From the IMG/VR virus record IMGVR_UViG_2585427741_000003: 20,949 nt of DNA; one strand, given 5' to 3'. Below, piece after piece: positions 7,570-16,281 of the stretch. This DNA comes from a virus (lineage: Duplodnaviria > Heunggongvirae > Uroviricota > Caudoviricetes). The notes beneath the pieces were generated by a model. It did not search any database. It was not told where the DNA came from and worked only from the letters and a program-made list of their open reading frames with translations. The position numbers and the translations under genes are program-made. The stretch's first letter is position 1. Each line of letters begins with the position of its first letter.

Positions 7570-9332
7570 AAAATCTCCACAATATTGCTGGTATTGGCAG
7601 ACTCGCCCTGCAGCGGTTCGTTAAAGAGTGCGTGCATTGTTGCCCAGGCCAGATCGGCATGGCTGGCTTCTTCGCTGCGGCTGGCTTCATAGGTCGGGCG
7701 GTTGCCGCTGGCGGTGGTGGCGCGACGGATTGCCATGAAGGACTGCGCAATGTCGGTGTGTCCGGCGTCAAATTCTAGGCGGCGGTGACTGATAATGTCG
7801 TAGGCCTTGAGTACCAGGGCGTTTTTAACGTTGGGGTTGTAGACAAACTCCCGGACGGCAGGAAAGAATGCTTTCACGTTCTCGTAAACCCCGTGGCCGA
7901 CGCCAGTTGAGTCGATGCCGATGTATGTCACGTTGTACTGTTCGGTCAGTTTTTTGATGGCGTCAGCCTGGGCGCGGAAGTCCATCCCGCGCCACTGGTG
8001 ACGCTCAAGAATGCGGAACTTACCGCCCGGCACGGCTGGCGGTGCCACCACCACGCACCCGGCGCTGTCGCCGTTTTGCGTACCTTTTGCCGGGTCATAA
8101 CCGATCCACACTTCGCGCCAGCCAAACGGGCGCAGGGCCAGTGCATGAAAGTCGGTCCAGACTTCCCAGCTGTCCACCATGCACGCCTGCAGCTCGCTGA
8201 GCGGGAACACGGACGCGAGATCGTCCACGAATTCACACATCAGCAGGTTCTGGTATTCGTCCGGGCTGTATTCCATGCGCAACTGGTCAAGGTCGAACAG
8301 GTTACAGCCGCCGCGCACCGCATCTTCCACGGTGACTATCTGGCGGTATTGCCCGTCTGCACACAGCAGGCCTGGAGCCAGATTGCTGTGGGACAGGTCG
8401 ATGTCCACCTTGTCGGCTTTATTGCGCCCACGGTTGAACAGCGCACCGGACCAGAACGGATAAGCACTGTGTGTCAGGCTGGATGGCGTGGAAAAATAGG
8501 TTTGTCGCCATTTTTTGTGAATAGCCATACCGGAAGCCACTTTGCGCAGCTCCTGGAATTTCGGTATCCAGAAATATTCATCCAGATACAGGTTGCCGTG
8601 GTAACTCTGGGCCGTGCGGGCATTGGTGCCGAGGAAGTACAGCGTGGCCCCGTTAGGAAGCACCATCGGATCGCCTTTCAGCTCCACCTCCACTTCTTTG
8701 GCAAAGTCGATGATGTACTGCTTAAAGACGTGGGCCTGTGCCTTACTGGCGGAAAGGAAAATCTGGTTACGTCCGGTCAGCAGGGCGTCAATCAGGGCTT
8801 CACGGGCAAAATAGAAGGTCGCGCCGATCTGGCGTGACTTCAGCAGGTTGCGGATGCGGTTGGTTTTTCCGGCTTCCCACCAGTGGCGCTGGTAGTTGAA
8901 CATGGAGGAATGGAAGATTTCTTCCAGCTTCTCAATCTGTTCATCGGTGAAGACATTCTTTTCCGGCTGACGGCGCGGGCCCTTGTTGCGGTTGGCGACG
9001 TTAGGATTTAAGTCGGCTTCGTTGCCGCCATTGTTAAACTTGCCGATCCGCGCGTGGCGCTCCGACTGGCGCGCCAGCAGGTCAATCTCTTTGAAATCTT
9101 TCCCTTCTTTGTGCTCCTTCATAATGAGCTGGCAGTAGCGTGCGGCGGTGGTGAGCTGCATCTGATCCAGCGGCCCATAGTCACCCCACTTGTCGCGTTT
9201 TTTCCAGCTGTGAACGGTTGCAACTTTCTCGCCCAGCATTTCAGCAATGCGGGCTACGCGGTATCCCTGAAAGTACAGCAGCATGGCCTGCCGACGGGGA
9301 TCGAGATCTGCGGGTGTCAGTGTGGTGTTCAT
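7566..9332 (-). CDS. P: Terminase ATPase (large) subunit, P2 gpP-like
   Basis: 588 aa (P2 P about 590 aa, recalled); leftward orientation, divergent from the O-N-M-L operon as in P2/186. Confidence 0.85.
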   Translation of the reverse strand: MNTTLTPADLDPRRQAMLLYFQGYRVARIAEMLGEKVATVHSWKKRDKWGDYGPLDQMQLTTAARYCQLIMKEHKEGKDFKEIDLLARQSERHARIGKFNNGGNEADLNPNVANRNKGPRRQPEKNVFTDEQIEKLEEIFHSSMFNYQRHWWEAGKTNRIRNLLKSRQIGATFYFAREALIDALLTGRNQIFLSASKAQAHVFKQYIIDFAKEVEVELKGDPMVLPNGATLYFLGTNARTAQSYHGNLYLDEYFWIPKFQELRKVASGMAIHKKWRQTYFSTPSSLTHSAYPFWSGALFNRGRNKADKVDIDLSHSNLAPGLLCADGQYRQIVTVEDAVRGGCNLFDLDQLRMEYSPDEYQNLLMCEFVDDLASVFPLSELQACMVDSWEVWTDFHALALRPFGWREVWIGYDPAKGTQNGDSAGCVVVAPPAVPGGKFRILERHQWRGMDFRAQADAIKKLTEQYNVTYIGIDSTGVGHGVYENVKAFFPAVREFVYNPNVKNALVLKAYDIISHRRLEFDAGHTDIAQSFMAIRRATTASGNRPTYEASRSEEASHADLAWATMHALFNEPLQGESANTSNIVEIF

Positions 9333-9378
9333 GGCACAAACCTACAGCCTTGAATGAAGGCTTTCCCCGCCTGCGGTT

Positions 9379-9396
9379 TGTGTGGTTGTCGGTACA
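9379..9396. promoter_or_regulatory. TGT-N12-ACA element in the divergent P/O late-promoter region (Ogr/Delta-type activator site candidate)
   Basis: TGTGGTTGTCGGTACA = TGT-N12-ACA in the 142-bp intergenic region between divergent P and O. Centred about 88 bp upstream of the O start codon. Confidence 0.5.
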
Positions 9397-9474
9397 AATA
9401 CCGCGCATTGTTTCACTGCCCCCATCACCGCAACCATAAGGCTCCAGTAAGTTTTTTCTAACGGAGCACGGCTC

Positions 9475-10308
9475 ATGACAGTGAAAGCAAAGCGTTTTCG
9501 CATCGGGGTGGAAGGTGCCACCACCGACGGACGCGAAATCCAGCGTGAATGGCTGGAACAGATGGCAGCCAGCTACAACCCGACGGTGTACACCGCGCTG
9601 ATTAACCTTGAGCACATCAAGTCTTATCTGCCGGACAGCACCTTTAACCGCTACGGCAAGGTGACGGCGCTGTTTGCTGAAGAAATCACGGAAGGTCCGC
9701 TGGCAGGCAAGATGGCGCTGTATGCCGACGTTGAGCCAACGGAGTCCCTGGTGGAACTGGTGAAAAAAGGCCAGAAATTATTCACCTCTATGGAAGTCAG
9801 CCCGAAGTTTGCTGATACGGGCAAAGCCTACCTGGTCGGCCTGGCTGCCACTGATGACCCTGCCAGTCTGGGCACTGAAATGCTGACATTCAGCGCCAGT
9901 GCAGCCCATAACCCGTTGGCAAACCGCAAGCAGAATCCTGCCAATCTCTTTACCGCTGCAGAGGAAACGGTGATCGAACTGGAAGAAATCCAGGACGACA
10001 AACCGTCCCTGTTTGCCCGCGTCACGGCGCTGTTTACCAAAAAAGAGCAGTCCGATGACGCCCGGTTCTCTGATGTGCATAAGGCCGTGGAGCTGGTCGC
10101 CACTGAGCAGCAGAACCTGAGCGCACGCACCGAAAAATCCCTGTCTGAGCAGGAAGAACGCCTGTCTGAGCTGGAGACTGCCCTGCAGGCACAGCAAACC
10201 GCCTTTAACGAACTGGTGGACAAGCTGAGTCATGAAGACAGTCGCCAGGACTACCGCCAGCGTGCAACAGGCGGTAACGCCCCCGCTGACACTCTGACCA
10301 ATTGCTGA
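9475..10308 (+). CDS. O: Capsid scaffolding protein, P2 gpO-like
   Basis: 277 aa; blocks FRIGVEG..DGR, INLEH, LVGLAATDDPASLGTE, SDDARFSDVH and a C-terminal ATGG.... motif align with recalled P2 gpO. Confidence 0.9.
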   Translation: MTVKAKRFRIGVEGATTDGREIQREWLEQMAASYNPTVYTALINLEHIKSYLPDSTFNRYGKVTALFAEEITEGPLAGKMALYADVEPTESLVELVKKGQKLFTSMEVSPKFADTGKAYLVGLAATDDPASLGTEMLTFSASAAHNPLANRKQNPANLFTAAEETVIELEEIQDDKPSLFARVTALFTKKEQSDDARFSDVHKAVELVATEQQNLSARTEKSLSEQEERLSELETALQAQQTAFNELVDKLSHEDSRQDYRQRATGGNAPADTLTNC

Positions 10309-10324
10309 TGGAGCACAAAACCCG

Positions 10325-11383
10325 ATGAAGAAGAATACCCGCTTTGCTTTTAACGCTTACCTGCAGCAACTGGCGCGTCTGAACGGTGTGGCAGTTGAAG
10401 AACTGTCCAGCAAGTTCACCGTAGAGCCGTCTGTGCAGCAGACGCTGGAAGACCAGATCCAGCAGTCCGCCGCTTTCCTGACGCTGATTAACGTCACGCC
10501 AGTGACTGAGCAGTCCGGTCAGCTGCTGGGGCTGGGAGTTGGCAGCACCATTGCCGGAACCACTGACACCACCGCGAAAGAGCGTGAACCTGTCGATCCG
10601 ACGCTGATGGTCGATGTGGAATATAAATGCGAGCAGACCAACTTTGACACGGTACTGACCTACGCGAAGCTGGACCTGTGGGCGAAGTTTCAGGATTTCC
10701 AGGTGCGCATCCGTGACGCCATCGTGAAACGTCAGGCTCTGGACCGCATCATGATCGGCTTTAACGGCGTGAAGCGTGCGAAAACCTCCAACCGTAGCGA
10801 AAACCCGCTGCTGCAGGATGTGAACAAAGGCTGGCTGCAGAAAATCCGTGAAGATGCACCGGATCACGTCATGGGCAGCACCACCACGGGCGGTGAAACC
10901 ACACCGGGTGCGGTGAAAGTCGGGAAAGGGGGCGAATATGCCAACCTGGACGCCGTGGTGATGGATGCCGTCAATGAGCTTATCGATGTGGTCTACCAGG
11001 ACGATGACGATCTGGTGGTGATTTGCGGTCGTGAACTGCTGTCTGACAAGTATTTCCCGCTGGTCAACAAAGAGCAGGAAAACAGTGAAAAACTGGCTGC
11101 CGATATGATCATCAGTCAGAAACGCATGGGTGGCCTGCAGGCCGTGCGTGCGCCGTTCTTCCCGCCGAATGCACTGCTGATCACCCGTCTGGATAACCTG
11201 TCCATCTACTGGCAGGAAGACACCCGCCGCCGCTCAGTTATCGACAACCCGAAACGTGACCGGATTGAAAACTTTGAATCCGTTAACGAAGCCTATGTGG
11301 TTGAGGACTACCGCTGCGCCGCACTGGTGGAAAACATCCAGATTGGCGACTTCAGCGCCGCAGCAGCAGAAACCGGAGCGTAA
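10325..11383 (+). CDS. N: Major capsid protein, P2 gpN-like
   Basis: 352 aa; RFAFNAYL, KFTVEPSV, GFNGVKRA, VGKGG.YA.LDA.VMDA, IISQKR and LENLSIY blocks match recalled P2 gpN. Confidence 0.92.
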   Translation: MKKNTRFAFNAYLQQLARLNGVAVEELSSKFTVEPSVQQTLEDQIQQSAAFLTLINVTPVTEQSGQLLGLGVGSTIAGTTDTTAKEREPVDPTLMVDVEYKCEQTNFDTVLTYAKLDLWAKFQDFQVRIRDAIVKRQALDRIMIGFNGVKRAKTSNRSENPLLQDVNKGWLQKIREDAPDHVMGSTTTGGETTPGAVKVGKGGEYANLDAVVMDAVNELIDVVYQDDDDLVVICGRELLSDKYFPLVNKEQENSEKLAADMIISQKRMGGLQAVRAPFFPPNALLITRLDNLSIYWQEDTRRRSVIDNPKRDRIENFESVNEAYVVEDYRCAALVENIQIGDFSAAAAETGA

Positions 11384-11386
11384 TTC

Positions 11387-12037
11387 ATGAGCCTGAGTCC
11401 CGCACGGCAGCATCGCCTGCGCGTTCAGGCTGAACAGGCCGCCCGCGAGGGCGGCAGCGTTCGCCACGCGTCGGGCTATGACCTGATGCTGCTGCAACTG
11501 GCGGAAGACCGCCGCCGTCTCAAGGGCGTTCAGTCCACGGTCAAAAAAGCGGAAATCAAGGTGGAGCTGCTGCCGAAGTACGCCGCCTGGGCGGAGGGTG
11601 TCCTGGCTGCCGGAGGCGCTCAACAGGATGACGTGCTGATGTACGTGATGCTGTGGCGCATTGATGCCGGAGATTATGCCGGGGCGCTGGAGATCGGGCG
11701 TCACGCCCTGCGTCATGGCTGGGTGATGCCGTTAGGTAACCGCAACGTGCAGACCGTGCTGGCAGAGGAAATGGCAGACGCCGCGCAGAGCGCAATGCTT
11801 GCCGCCACCGGCTTTGATGCCGATCTGTTGTTGCAGACGCTGGAGCTGACAGACGGTCTGGATATGCCGGACCAGTCACGGGCGCGTCTGCATAAAGCGA
11901 TTGGCGCTGTCCTGAGTGAAAGAAATCCGGCGTCTGCCCTTAATCATCTCAACCATGCGTTACAGCTCGATCCCCGCTGTGGCGTGAAAAAAGACAAACA
12001 GCAGCTGGAGCGCAGACTGCGCAATGACAGCCGCTGA
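11387..12037 (+). CDS. M: Terminase endonuclease (small) subunit, P2 gpM-like
   Basis: 216 aa; follows N by 3 nt; position matches P2 M. Confidence 0.8.
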   Translation: MSLSPARQHRLRVQAEQAAREGGSVRHASGYDLMLLQLAEDRRRLKGVQSTVKKAEIKVELLPKYAAWAEGVLAAGGAQQDDVLMYVMLWRIDAGDYAGALEIGRHALRHGWVMPLGNRNVQTVLAEEMADAAQSAMLAATGFDADLLLQTLELTDGLDMPDQSRARLHKAIGAVLSERNPASALNHLNHALQLDPRCGVKKDKQQLERRLRNDSR

Positions 12038-12132
12038 CAGAACGTGCCCCCGCGCACGGGCGGCACGGGGTGGCGAAAGGCACTGCCACATCAAAACTCC
12101 GTCCACCGCCCTCTATTTCAGGAGAAAGCAGC

Positions 12133-12597
12133 ATGAAGTTTGTTGCGCCAGAACAGGCACCGGAACAGGCGGAAATCATCAGGAATACGCCGTTCTGGCC
12201 TGATGTGGACCTGTCGGAGTTTCGCAGTGTGATGCGCACTGACGGCACGGTGACGCAGCCGCGTTTAAAACAGGTTGCCCTGTCGGCAATTTCGGAGGTC
12301 AACGCAGAGCTGTATGAGTTTCGCAGACGCCAGCAGATGCTGGGGTATGCCTCGCTGGCAGAAGTCCCGGCGGAACAACTGGACGGCAAAAGCGAGCGCA
12401 TTCAGCACTATTTCAACGCGGTTTACTGCTGGGCACGCGCCATGCTCAACGAACGTTACCAGGACTATGACGCCACGGCATCCGGTGTGAAGCGGGGCGA
12501 GGAACTGGCAGAAGCCAGCGGTGATTTGTGGCGTGACGCCCGCTGGGCCATCTGCCGGGTACAGGATGCGCCGCACTGCACAGTGGAGCTTATCTGA
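12133..12597 (+). CDS. L: Head completion/stabilisation protein, P2 gpL-like
   Basis: ATG 12133 with RBS CAGGAGAAAG; NAELYEFR and DLWRD.RWA..R.Q blocks match recalled P2 gpL. The ORF-track start at 12070 is an upstream extension. Confidence 0.85.
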   Translation: MKFVAPEQAPEQAEIIRNTPFWPDVDLSEFRSVMRTDGTVTQPRLKQVALSAISEVNAELYEFRRRQQMLGYASLAEVPAEQLDGKSERIQHYFNAVYCWARAMLNERYQDYDATASGVKRGEELAEASGDLWRDARWAICRVQDAPHCTVELI

Positions 12598-12800
12598 TGA
12601 AAGTGCGTGCGCATCAGTATGACACGGTGGACGCACTTTGCTGGCGTCATTACGGGCGCACGCAGGGTGTCACGGAGCAGGTACTGAAGGCAAATCCGGG
12701 GCTTGCCGAATTTGGCCCTTTTTTACCTCACGGGCTGCAGGTGGATCTGCCGGACATTCCGACCACCACCACCGTGCAGACCGTCCAGCTATGGGACTGA
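12597..12800 (+). CDS. X: Tail protein, P2 gpX-like
   Basis: 67 aa; RYYGRT.GV.E.VL.ANPGLAE.G..LPHG pattern matches recalled P2 gpX; same length. Confidence 0.85.
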   Translation: MKVRAHQYDTVDALCWRHYGRTQGVTEQVLKANPGLAEFGPFLPHGLQVDLPDIPTTTTVQTVQLWD

Positions 12801-12803
12801 ATT

Positions 12804-13019
12804 ATGACGCTTGAGCGAATCAGCGCCTTTATCACGTATTGCATCGCCGTCGTGCTGGCCTGGCTGGGCGATTTGTCCATCAAGGATGCCTCAACGCTGG
12901 GTGGCCTGATGATTGGTGTGCTGATGCTGGCTATCAACTGGTACTACAAACACAAAGCCTACCAGCTTCTGCGCGACGGGCAGATCTCGCGGGAGGATTA
13001 TGAATCCATCAATCGTTAA
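12804..13019 (+). CDS. Holin candidate (two predicted transmembrane segments; possibly pinholin-like)
   Basis: 71 aa; two hydrophobic stretches (ISAFITYCIAVVLAWLG and LGGLMIGVLMLAINWYY) with a charged C-terminal tail; sits immediately upstream of the endolysin gene. Confidence 0.6.
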   Translation: MTLERISAFITYCIAVVLAWLGDLSIKDASTLGGLMIGVLMLAINWYYKHKAYQLLRDGQISREDYESINR

Positions 13020-13512
13020 ACGCTGCCTTGTCGGGGCCGTGCTGGCTATTGCTGCCACGCTGCCGGGTTTTCAGCAGCTTCACACCTCCGTGGAGGGGCT
13101 GAAACTGATTGCCGATTACGAAGGCTGTCGTCTGCAGCCGTATCAGTGCAGCGCGGGTGTCTGGACCGACGGCATTGGTAATACGTCGGGCGTCATTCCC
13201 GGCAAAACTATTACGGAACGACAGGCAGCAGAAGGGCTGATCTCCAACGTGCTACGTGTGGAGCGGGCGCTGGAAAGGTGTGTGAAGCAACAGCCGCCGC
13301 AGAAGGTGTATGACGCGGCGGTGTCGTTTGCCTTCAACGTGGGGACGGGCAATGCCTGCAGTTCCACGCTGGTGAAATTACTCAATCAGCGGCGCTGGGC
13401 GGATGCGTGCCGACAGTTGCCGCGCTGGGTTTATGTGAAAGGTGTGTTTAATCAGGGGCTGGATAACCGCCGTGTGCGGGAGATGGCCTGGTGTTTACAG
13501 GGAGCAAACTGA
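13000..13512 (+). CDS. Endolysin, phage lysozyme (T4-lysozyme-like fold) with N-terminal weakly hydrophobic segment (possible SAR domain)
   Basis: 170 aa; N-terminal Ala/Gly-rich hydrophobic segment LVGAVLAIAATLPGF followed by EG.RL..Y....G.WT.GIGNT, which resembles the lysozyme catalytic region. Confidence 0.7.
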   Translation: MNPSIVKRCLVGAVLAIAATLPGFQQLHTSVEGLKLIADYEGCRLQPYQCSAGVWTDGIGNTSGVIPGKTITERQAAEGLISNVLRVERALERCVKQQPPQKVYDAAVSFAFNVGTGNACSSTLVKLLNQRRWADACRQLPRWVYVKGVFNQGLDNRRVREMAWCLQGAN

Positions 13513-13513
13513 A

Positions 13514-13891
13514 ATGAAAAAGAAATTAATCAGCGGGCTGTTTCTGATGTTATGGATGGCGCTGTTAATCGCAGCAATGGCGTATCCGCAGGGGATTTTT
13601 CCGGTACTGGCAGCGTCCGGCGTTTGGGTAGCCTGTTTGCTGACATGGGCGGTAATTCCGGTAGCACTGGCTGCGTTAATTAAGAATGGCCCGCTCTGGC
13701 AGGAGTTGAGGGCATCTTTGCTGAAGGCAATTACCCGAAAAGAAAACGTATTTATCAGCTGGGTGATGCGATTGCTGATTGTCGTAAGTCTCGCCTGGAC
13801 GGGGTGGGCCATTACCCTGGTCTTTTATCTGCTGACCGTTATTGCCTTCTGGATCACCCGTAATCAGATGGCGCAACAGGTAGCAGCATGA
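13514..13891 (+). CDS. lysA: LysA-like membrane protein (lysis accessory)
   Basis: 125 aa from ATG 13514; multiple hydrophobic segments; position after the endolysin as in the P2 lysis cassette. Confidence 0.6.
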   Translation: MKKKLISGLFLMLWMALLIAAMAYPQGIFPVLAASGVWVACLLTWAVIPVALAALIKNGPLWQELRASLLKAITRKENVFISWVMRLLIVVSLAWTGWAITLVFYLLTVIAFWITRNQMAQQVAA

Positions 13892-14316
13892 ACCGGTTGC
13901 TGCTGGTTGTGCTGGCGTTATTACTGGCGGCGCTGGGCTGGCAGACGTGGCGGCTGGCTGATGCCAGCCAGACCATCAGCACGCAGGCAGACGAACTGCA
14001 GAGCAAAAGCCAGGCGCTGGCAAAGAGCAACAGCCAGCTTATCAGCCTGTCCATTCTGACTGAAACCAATAACCGGGAGCAGGCGCGGCTCTATGCCGAA
14101 GCAGAACAGACCAGCGCGCTGCTGAGACAACGACAACACCGGATTGAGGAACTGAAACGTGAGAACGAGGATTTACGCCGCTGGGCTGATACTCCTTTGC
14201 CTGCTGACATTATCCGGCTGCGGGAACGTCCGGCACTCACCGGAGGTGCAGCTTACCGTCAGTGGTTGTCCGCGAGTGACGCCGTGTTGGCTGGATCAGG
14301 CAGCGCCGCGCACTAA
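13888..14316 (+). CDS. lysB: LysB, Rz-like inner-membrane spanin
   Basis: 142 aa; N-terminal transmembrane anchor LLLVVLALLLAALGW followed by a coiled-coil-like charged region. Confidence 0.75.
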   Translation: MNRLLLVVLALLLAALGWQTWRLADASQTISTQADELQSKSQALAKSNSQLISLSILTETNNREQARLYAEAEQTSALLRQRQHRIEELKRENEDLRRWADTPLPADIIRLRERPALTGGAAYRQWLSASDAVLAGSGSAAH

Positions 14317-14449
14317 CGGTGATCTGAACGCGTTGCTGGATGAAACGGAGGCTGCCTGGGCGGTCTGTGCAGACAAAGTGGACATGATTATTGCGTGTCA
14401 GGAGCGAAACAGTGAACAAACCACAATCCCTGCGCCACGCCCTCAATAA
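14159..14449 (+). CDS. lysC: LysC, Rz1-like outer-membrane lipoprotein spanin (overlapping lysB in a different frame)
   Basis: GTG start; signal peptide with lipobox LTLSGC; starts inside lysB in the +1 frame and extends beyond it, as for P2 lysB/lysC. Confidence 0.65.
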   Translation: MRTRIYAAGLILLCLLTLSGCGNVRHSPEVQLTVSGCPRVTPCWLDQAAPRTNGDLNALLDETEAAWAVCADKVDMIIACQERNSEQTTIPAPRPQ

Positions 14450-14843
14450 AGCGGTGCCTTATGTCCGCAATAACCCGGACAAACTGCATCTGTTTGTGGA
14501 TAACGGTTCGCTGGTTGCTACGGGGGCCAGCTCCATGTCGTGGGAGTACCGTTACACCCTGAACGCGGTGATTGAGGATTTCAGCGGCGACCAGAATCTG
14601 CTGATGGCCCCGGTTTTGCTGTGGCTGAGGGATAACCAGCCCGATGCCATCAATAACCCGGCGTTACGGGAAAAACTATTCACCTTTGAGGTGGATATTC
14701 TGCGCAACGATGTCTGTGATATCAGCCTGAACCTGCAACTGACGGAGCGTGTGCTGGTCAGCACTGACGGTAGTGTGTCGAGCGTTGAAGCTATAGCGGA
14801 ACCTGATGAACCTGAAGAAATGTGGACGGTGAAACGTGGCTGA
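14412..14843 (+). CDS. R: Tail completion protein, P2 gpR-like
   Basis: FVDNGS, RYTLN, LWLR.NQPD and ISL.L.LTER.LVS blocks match recalled P2 gpR. GTG at 14412 has an AGGAG RBS upstream; the ORF-track start at 14391 is 7 codons further upstream, so the start is uncertain by about 21 nt. Confidence 0.8.
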   Translation: MNKPQSLRHALNKAVPYVRNNPDKLHLFVDNGSLVATGASSMSWEYRYTLNAVIEDFSGDQNLLMAPVLLWLRDNQPDAINNPALREKLFTFEVDILRNDVCDISLNLQLTERVLVSTDGSVSSVEAIAEPDEPEEMWTVKRG

Positions 14844-15282
14844 ACTGCAGAAAGTGGACGACTGGCTGAGTGCCTTGCTGGCGAATCTGGAGCCAGCCGC
14901 CAGAAGTCGCATGATGCGCCAGCTGGCGCAGGAACTGCGCCGGACACAGCAGCAGAACATCAGGATGCAACGCAATCCTGATGGCAGCAGCTATGAACCG
15001 AGGCGAGTAACAGCACGCAGTAAAAAAGGCCGTATCAAACGGCAGATGTTTACAAAACTTCGCACCACAAAATACCTGAAAACTGCCGCTAGCGCCGACT
15101 CTGCCAGCGTGCAGTTTGAAGGTAAGGTGCAGCGCATTGCCCGTGTTCACCATTACGGCTTGCGCGATCGCATCAGTCGCAAAGGACCTGAGGTCCGTTA
15201 CGCAGAACGTCGCCTTCTGGGTGTAAATGATGATGTTGAGGCAATGACCCGCGACATGATTCTGCAATGGCTGGCGGGGTGA
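14836..15282 (+). CDS. S: Tail completion / virion morphogenesis protein, P2 gpS-like
   Basis: 148 aa, GTG start overlapping the end of R; size and position match P2 S. Confidence 0.8.
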   Translation: MAELQKVDDWLSALLANLEPAARSRMMRQLAQELRRTQQQNIRMQRNPDGSSYEPRRVTARSKKGRIKRQMFTKLRTTKYLKTAASADSASVQFEGKVQRIARVHHYGLRDRISRKGPEVRYAERRLLGVNDDVEAMTRDMILQWLAG

Positions 15283-15286
15283 TCTT

Positions 15287-15304
15287 TGTATCAGCACTGA
15301 TACA
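15287..15304 (+). promoter_or_regulatory. Late promoter activator site (TGT-N12-ACA) upstream of V
   Basis: TGTATCAGCACTGATACA, part of the near-perfect palindrome TTGTATCAGCACTGATACAA in the S-V intergenic region. Confidence 0.6.
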
Positions 15305-15350
15305 AGTTGCAGCACTGCCGCCTTTCTTCCCCTGATGGCAACCTTTCCCT

Positions 15351-15925
15351 ATGAACGCACAATTAACCGAAATCATGCGCCTTATCACCAACCTGATCCG
15401 CACAGGGGTAGTCACCGAAGTGGACAGGGAAAACTGGCTGTGCCGGGTGAAAACGGGCGAGCTTGAAACCAACTGGATCAGCTGGCTGACACTGCGCGCG
15501 GGAATCGCGCACCTGGTGGAAACCGTCTGTGGGTGAGCAGGTGGTGCTGCTGAGTCTGGGCGGCAATCTGGAAACCGCCTTTGCCCTGCCCGCGGTCTAC
15601 TCAAACCAGTTCCACCACCGTCGACTCGGAAGACGCCAACGTGACAGAACACCCGGACGGCGGCTGGTTTGAATACGAACCCACTACCGGGCGCTGGTAT
15701 GTCAGGGGCATCAAATCAATGGTCATTGAGGCCGCTGACAATATCACCCTGAAAACCAGTGAGTTTGTGCTGGAGGCTGACCGCACGCGTATTAACAGCG
15801 AAGTGGTGATCAATGGTGGCGTTACCCAGGGCGGCGGAGCGATGAGCTCTAACGGGATTGTGGTTGATGCGCATCAGCATACTGGCGTCCTGAAAGGCGG
15901 CGATACAACCGGAGGCCCGGTATGA
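15351..15925 (+). pseudogene. V: Baseplate spike protein gene (P2 gpV-like) interrupted by two frameshifts
   Basis: gpV-like translation runs through three frames: frame a 15351-15503 (MNAQLTEIMRLITNLIRTGVV...WLTLRAG), frame b about 15505-15609 (SRTWWKPSVGEQVVLLSLGGNLETAFALPAVYSNQ), frame c about 15614-15925 (TVDSEDANVTEHPDGGWFEYEP...SSNGIVVDAHQHTG). Frame a stops at 15534-15536. Confidence 0.75.
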
Positions 15926-16281
15926 CGCTTTATAGCGGGATGAACAATACCAGCGGCAAAGTCATTACTGATATTGATCATCTGCGCCAGTCGGTGCGGG
16001 ACATTCTGCTGACACCGCAGGGTAGCCGCATTGCCCGCCGGGAATATGGTTCCCTCCTGTCGGTTTTAATAGATCAGCCACAAAATCCGGCATTACGCCT
16101 GCAGGTCATGTCGGCAGTGTATGTGGCGCTGAGTCGCTGGGAGCCACGGCTGACGCTGGATTCCATCACCATCAACAGCAACTTTGACGGTTCTATGGTG
16201 GTGGAGCTGACCGGGCGGCGGAATAACGGTGTGCCTGTGTCCCTTTCCGTATCAACAGGAGCAGAGAATGGCAGTGATTGA
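15922..16281 (+). CDS. W: Baseplate protein, P2 gpW-like
   Basis: 119 aa; DILLTP.GSR..RR.YGSLL...IDQPQ.PAL and RWEPR..L blocks match recalled P2 gpW. Confidence 0.88.
   Translation: MTLYSGMNNTSGKVITDIDHLRQSVRDILLTPQGSRIARREYGSLLSVLIDQPQNPALRLQVMSAVYVALSRWEPRLTLDSITINSNFDGSMVVELTGRRNNGVPVSLSVSTGAENGSD

Noticed and set aside
7998-8837. 279-aa plus-strand ORF inside the terminase P gene
   Set aside because: Antisense to a conserved phage gene; no independent support.
9325-9342. Second TGT-N12-ACA match overlapping the P start codon
   Set aside because: It overlaps the initiation codon of P rather than lying upstream of a promoter, so it is most likely a chance match.
10205-10867. 220-aa minus-strand ORF spanning the O/N junction
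   Set aside because: Antisense to the scaffold and major capsid genes, which are strongly supported by homology blocks.
12070-12132. Upstream extension of gpL (ORF-track start at 12070)
   Set aside because: The homologous region begins at ATG 12133, which has an RBS; the extension has none.
14791-15315. 174-aa minus-strand ORF overlapping S and the V promoter region
   Set aside because: Antisense to gpS; overlaps the palindromic late-promoter element; no support.
16229-16267. Upstream extension of gpJ (ORF-track start at 16229)
   Set aside because: ATG 16268 gives a 302-aa protein matching P2 J in length and N-terminal sequence; the extension overlaps the end of W without an RBS.
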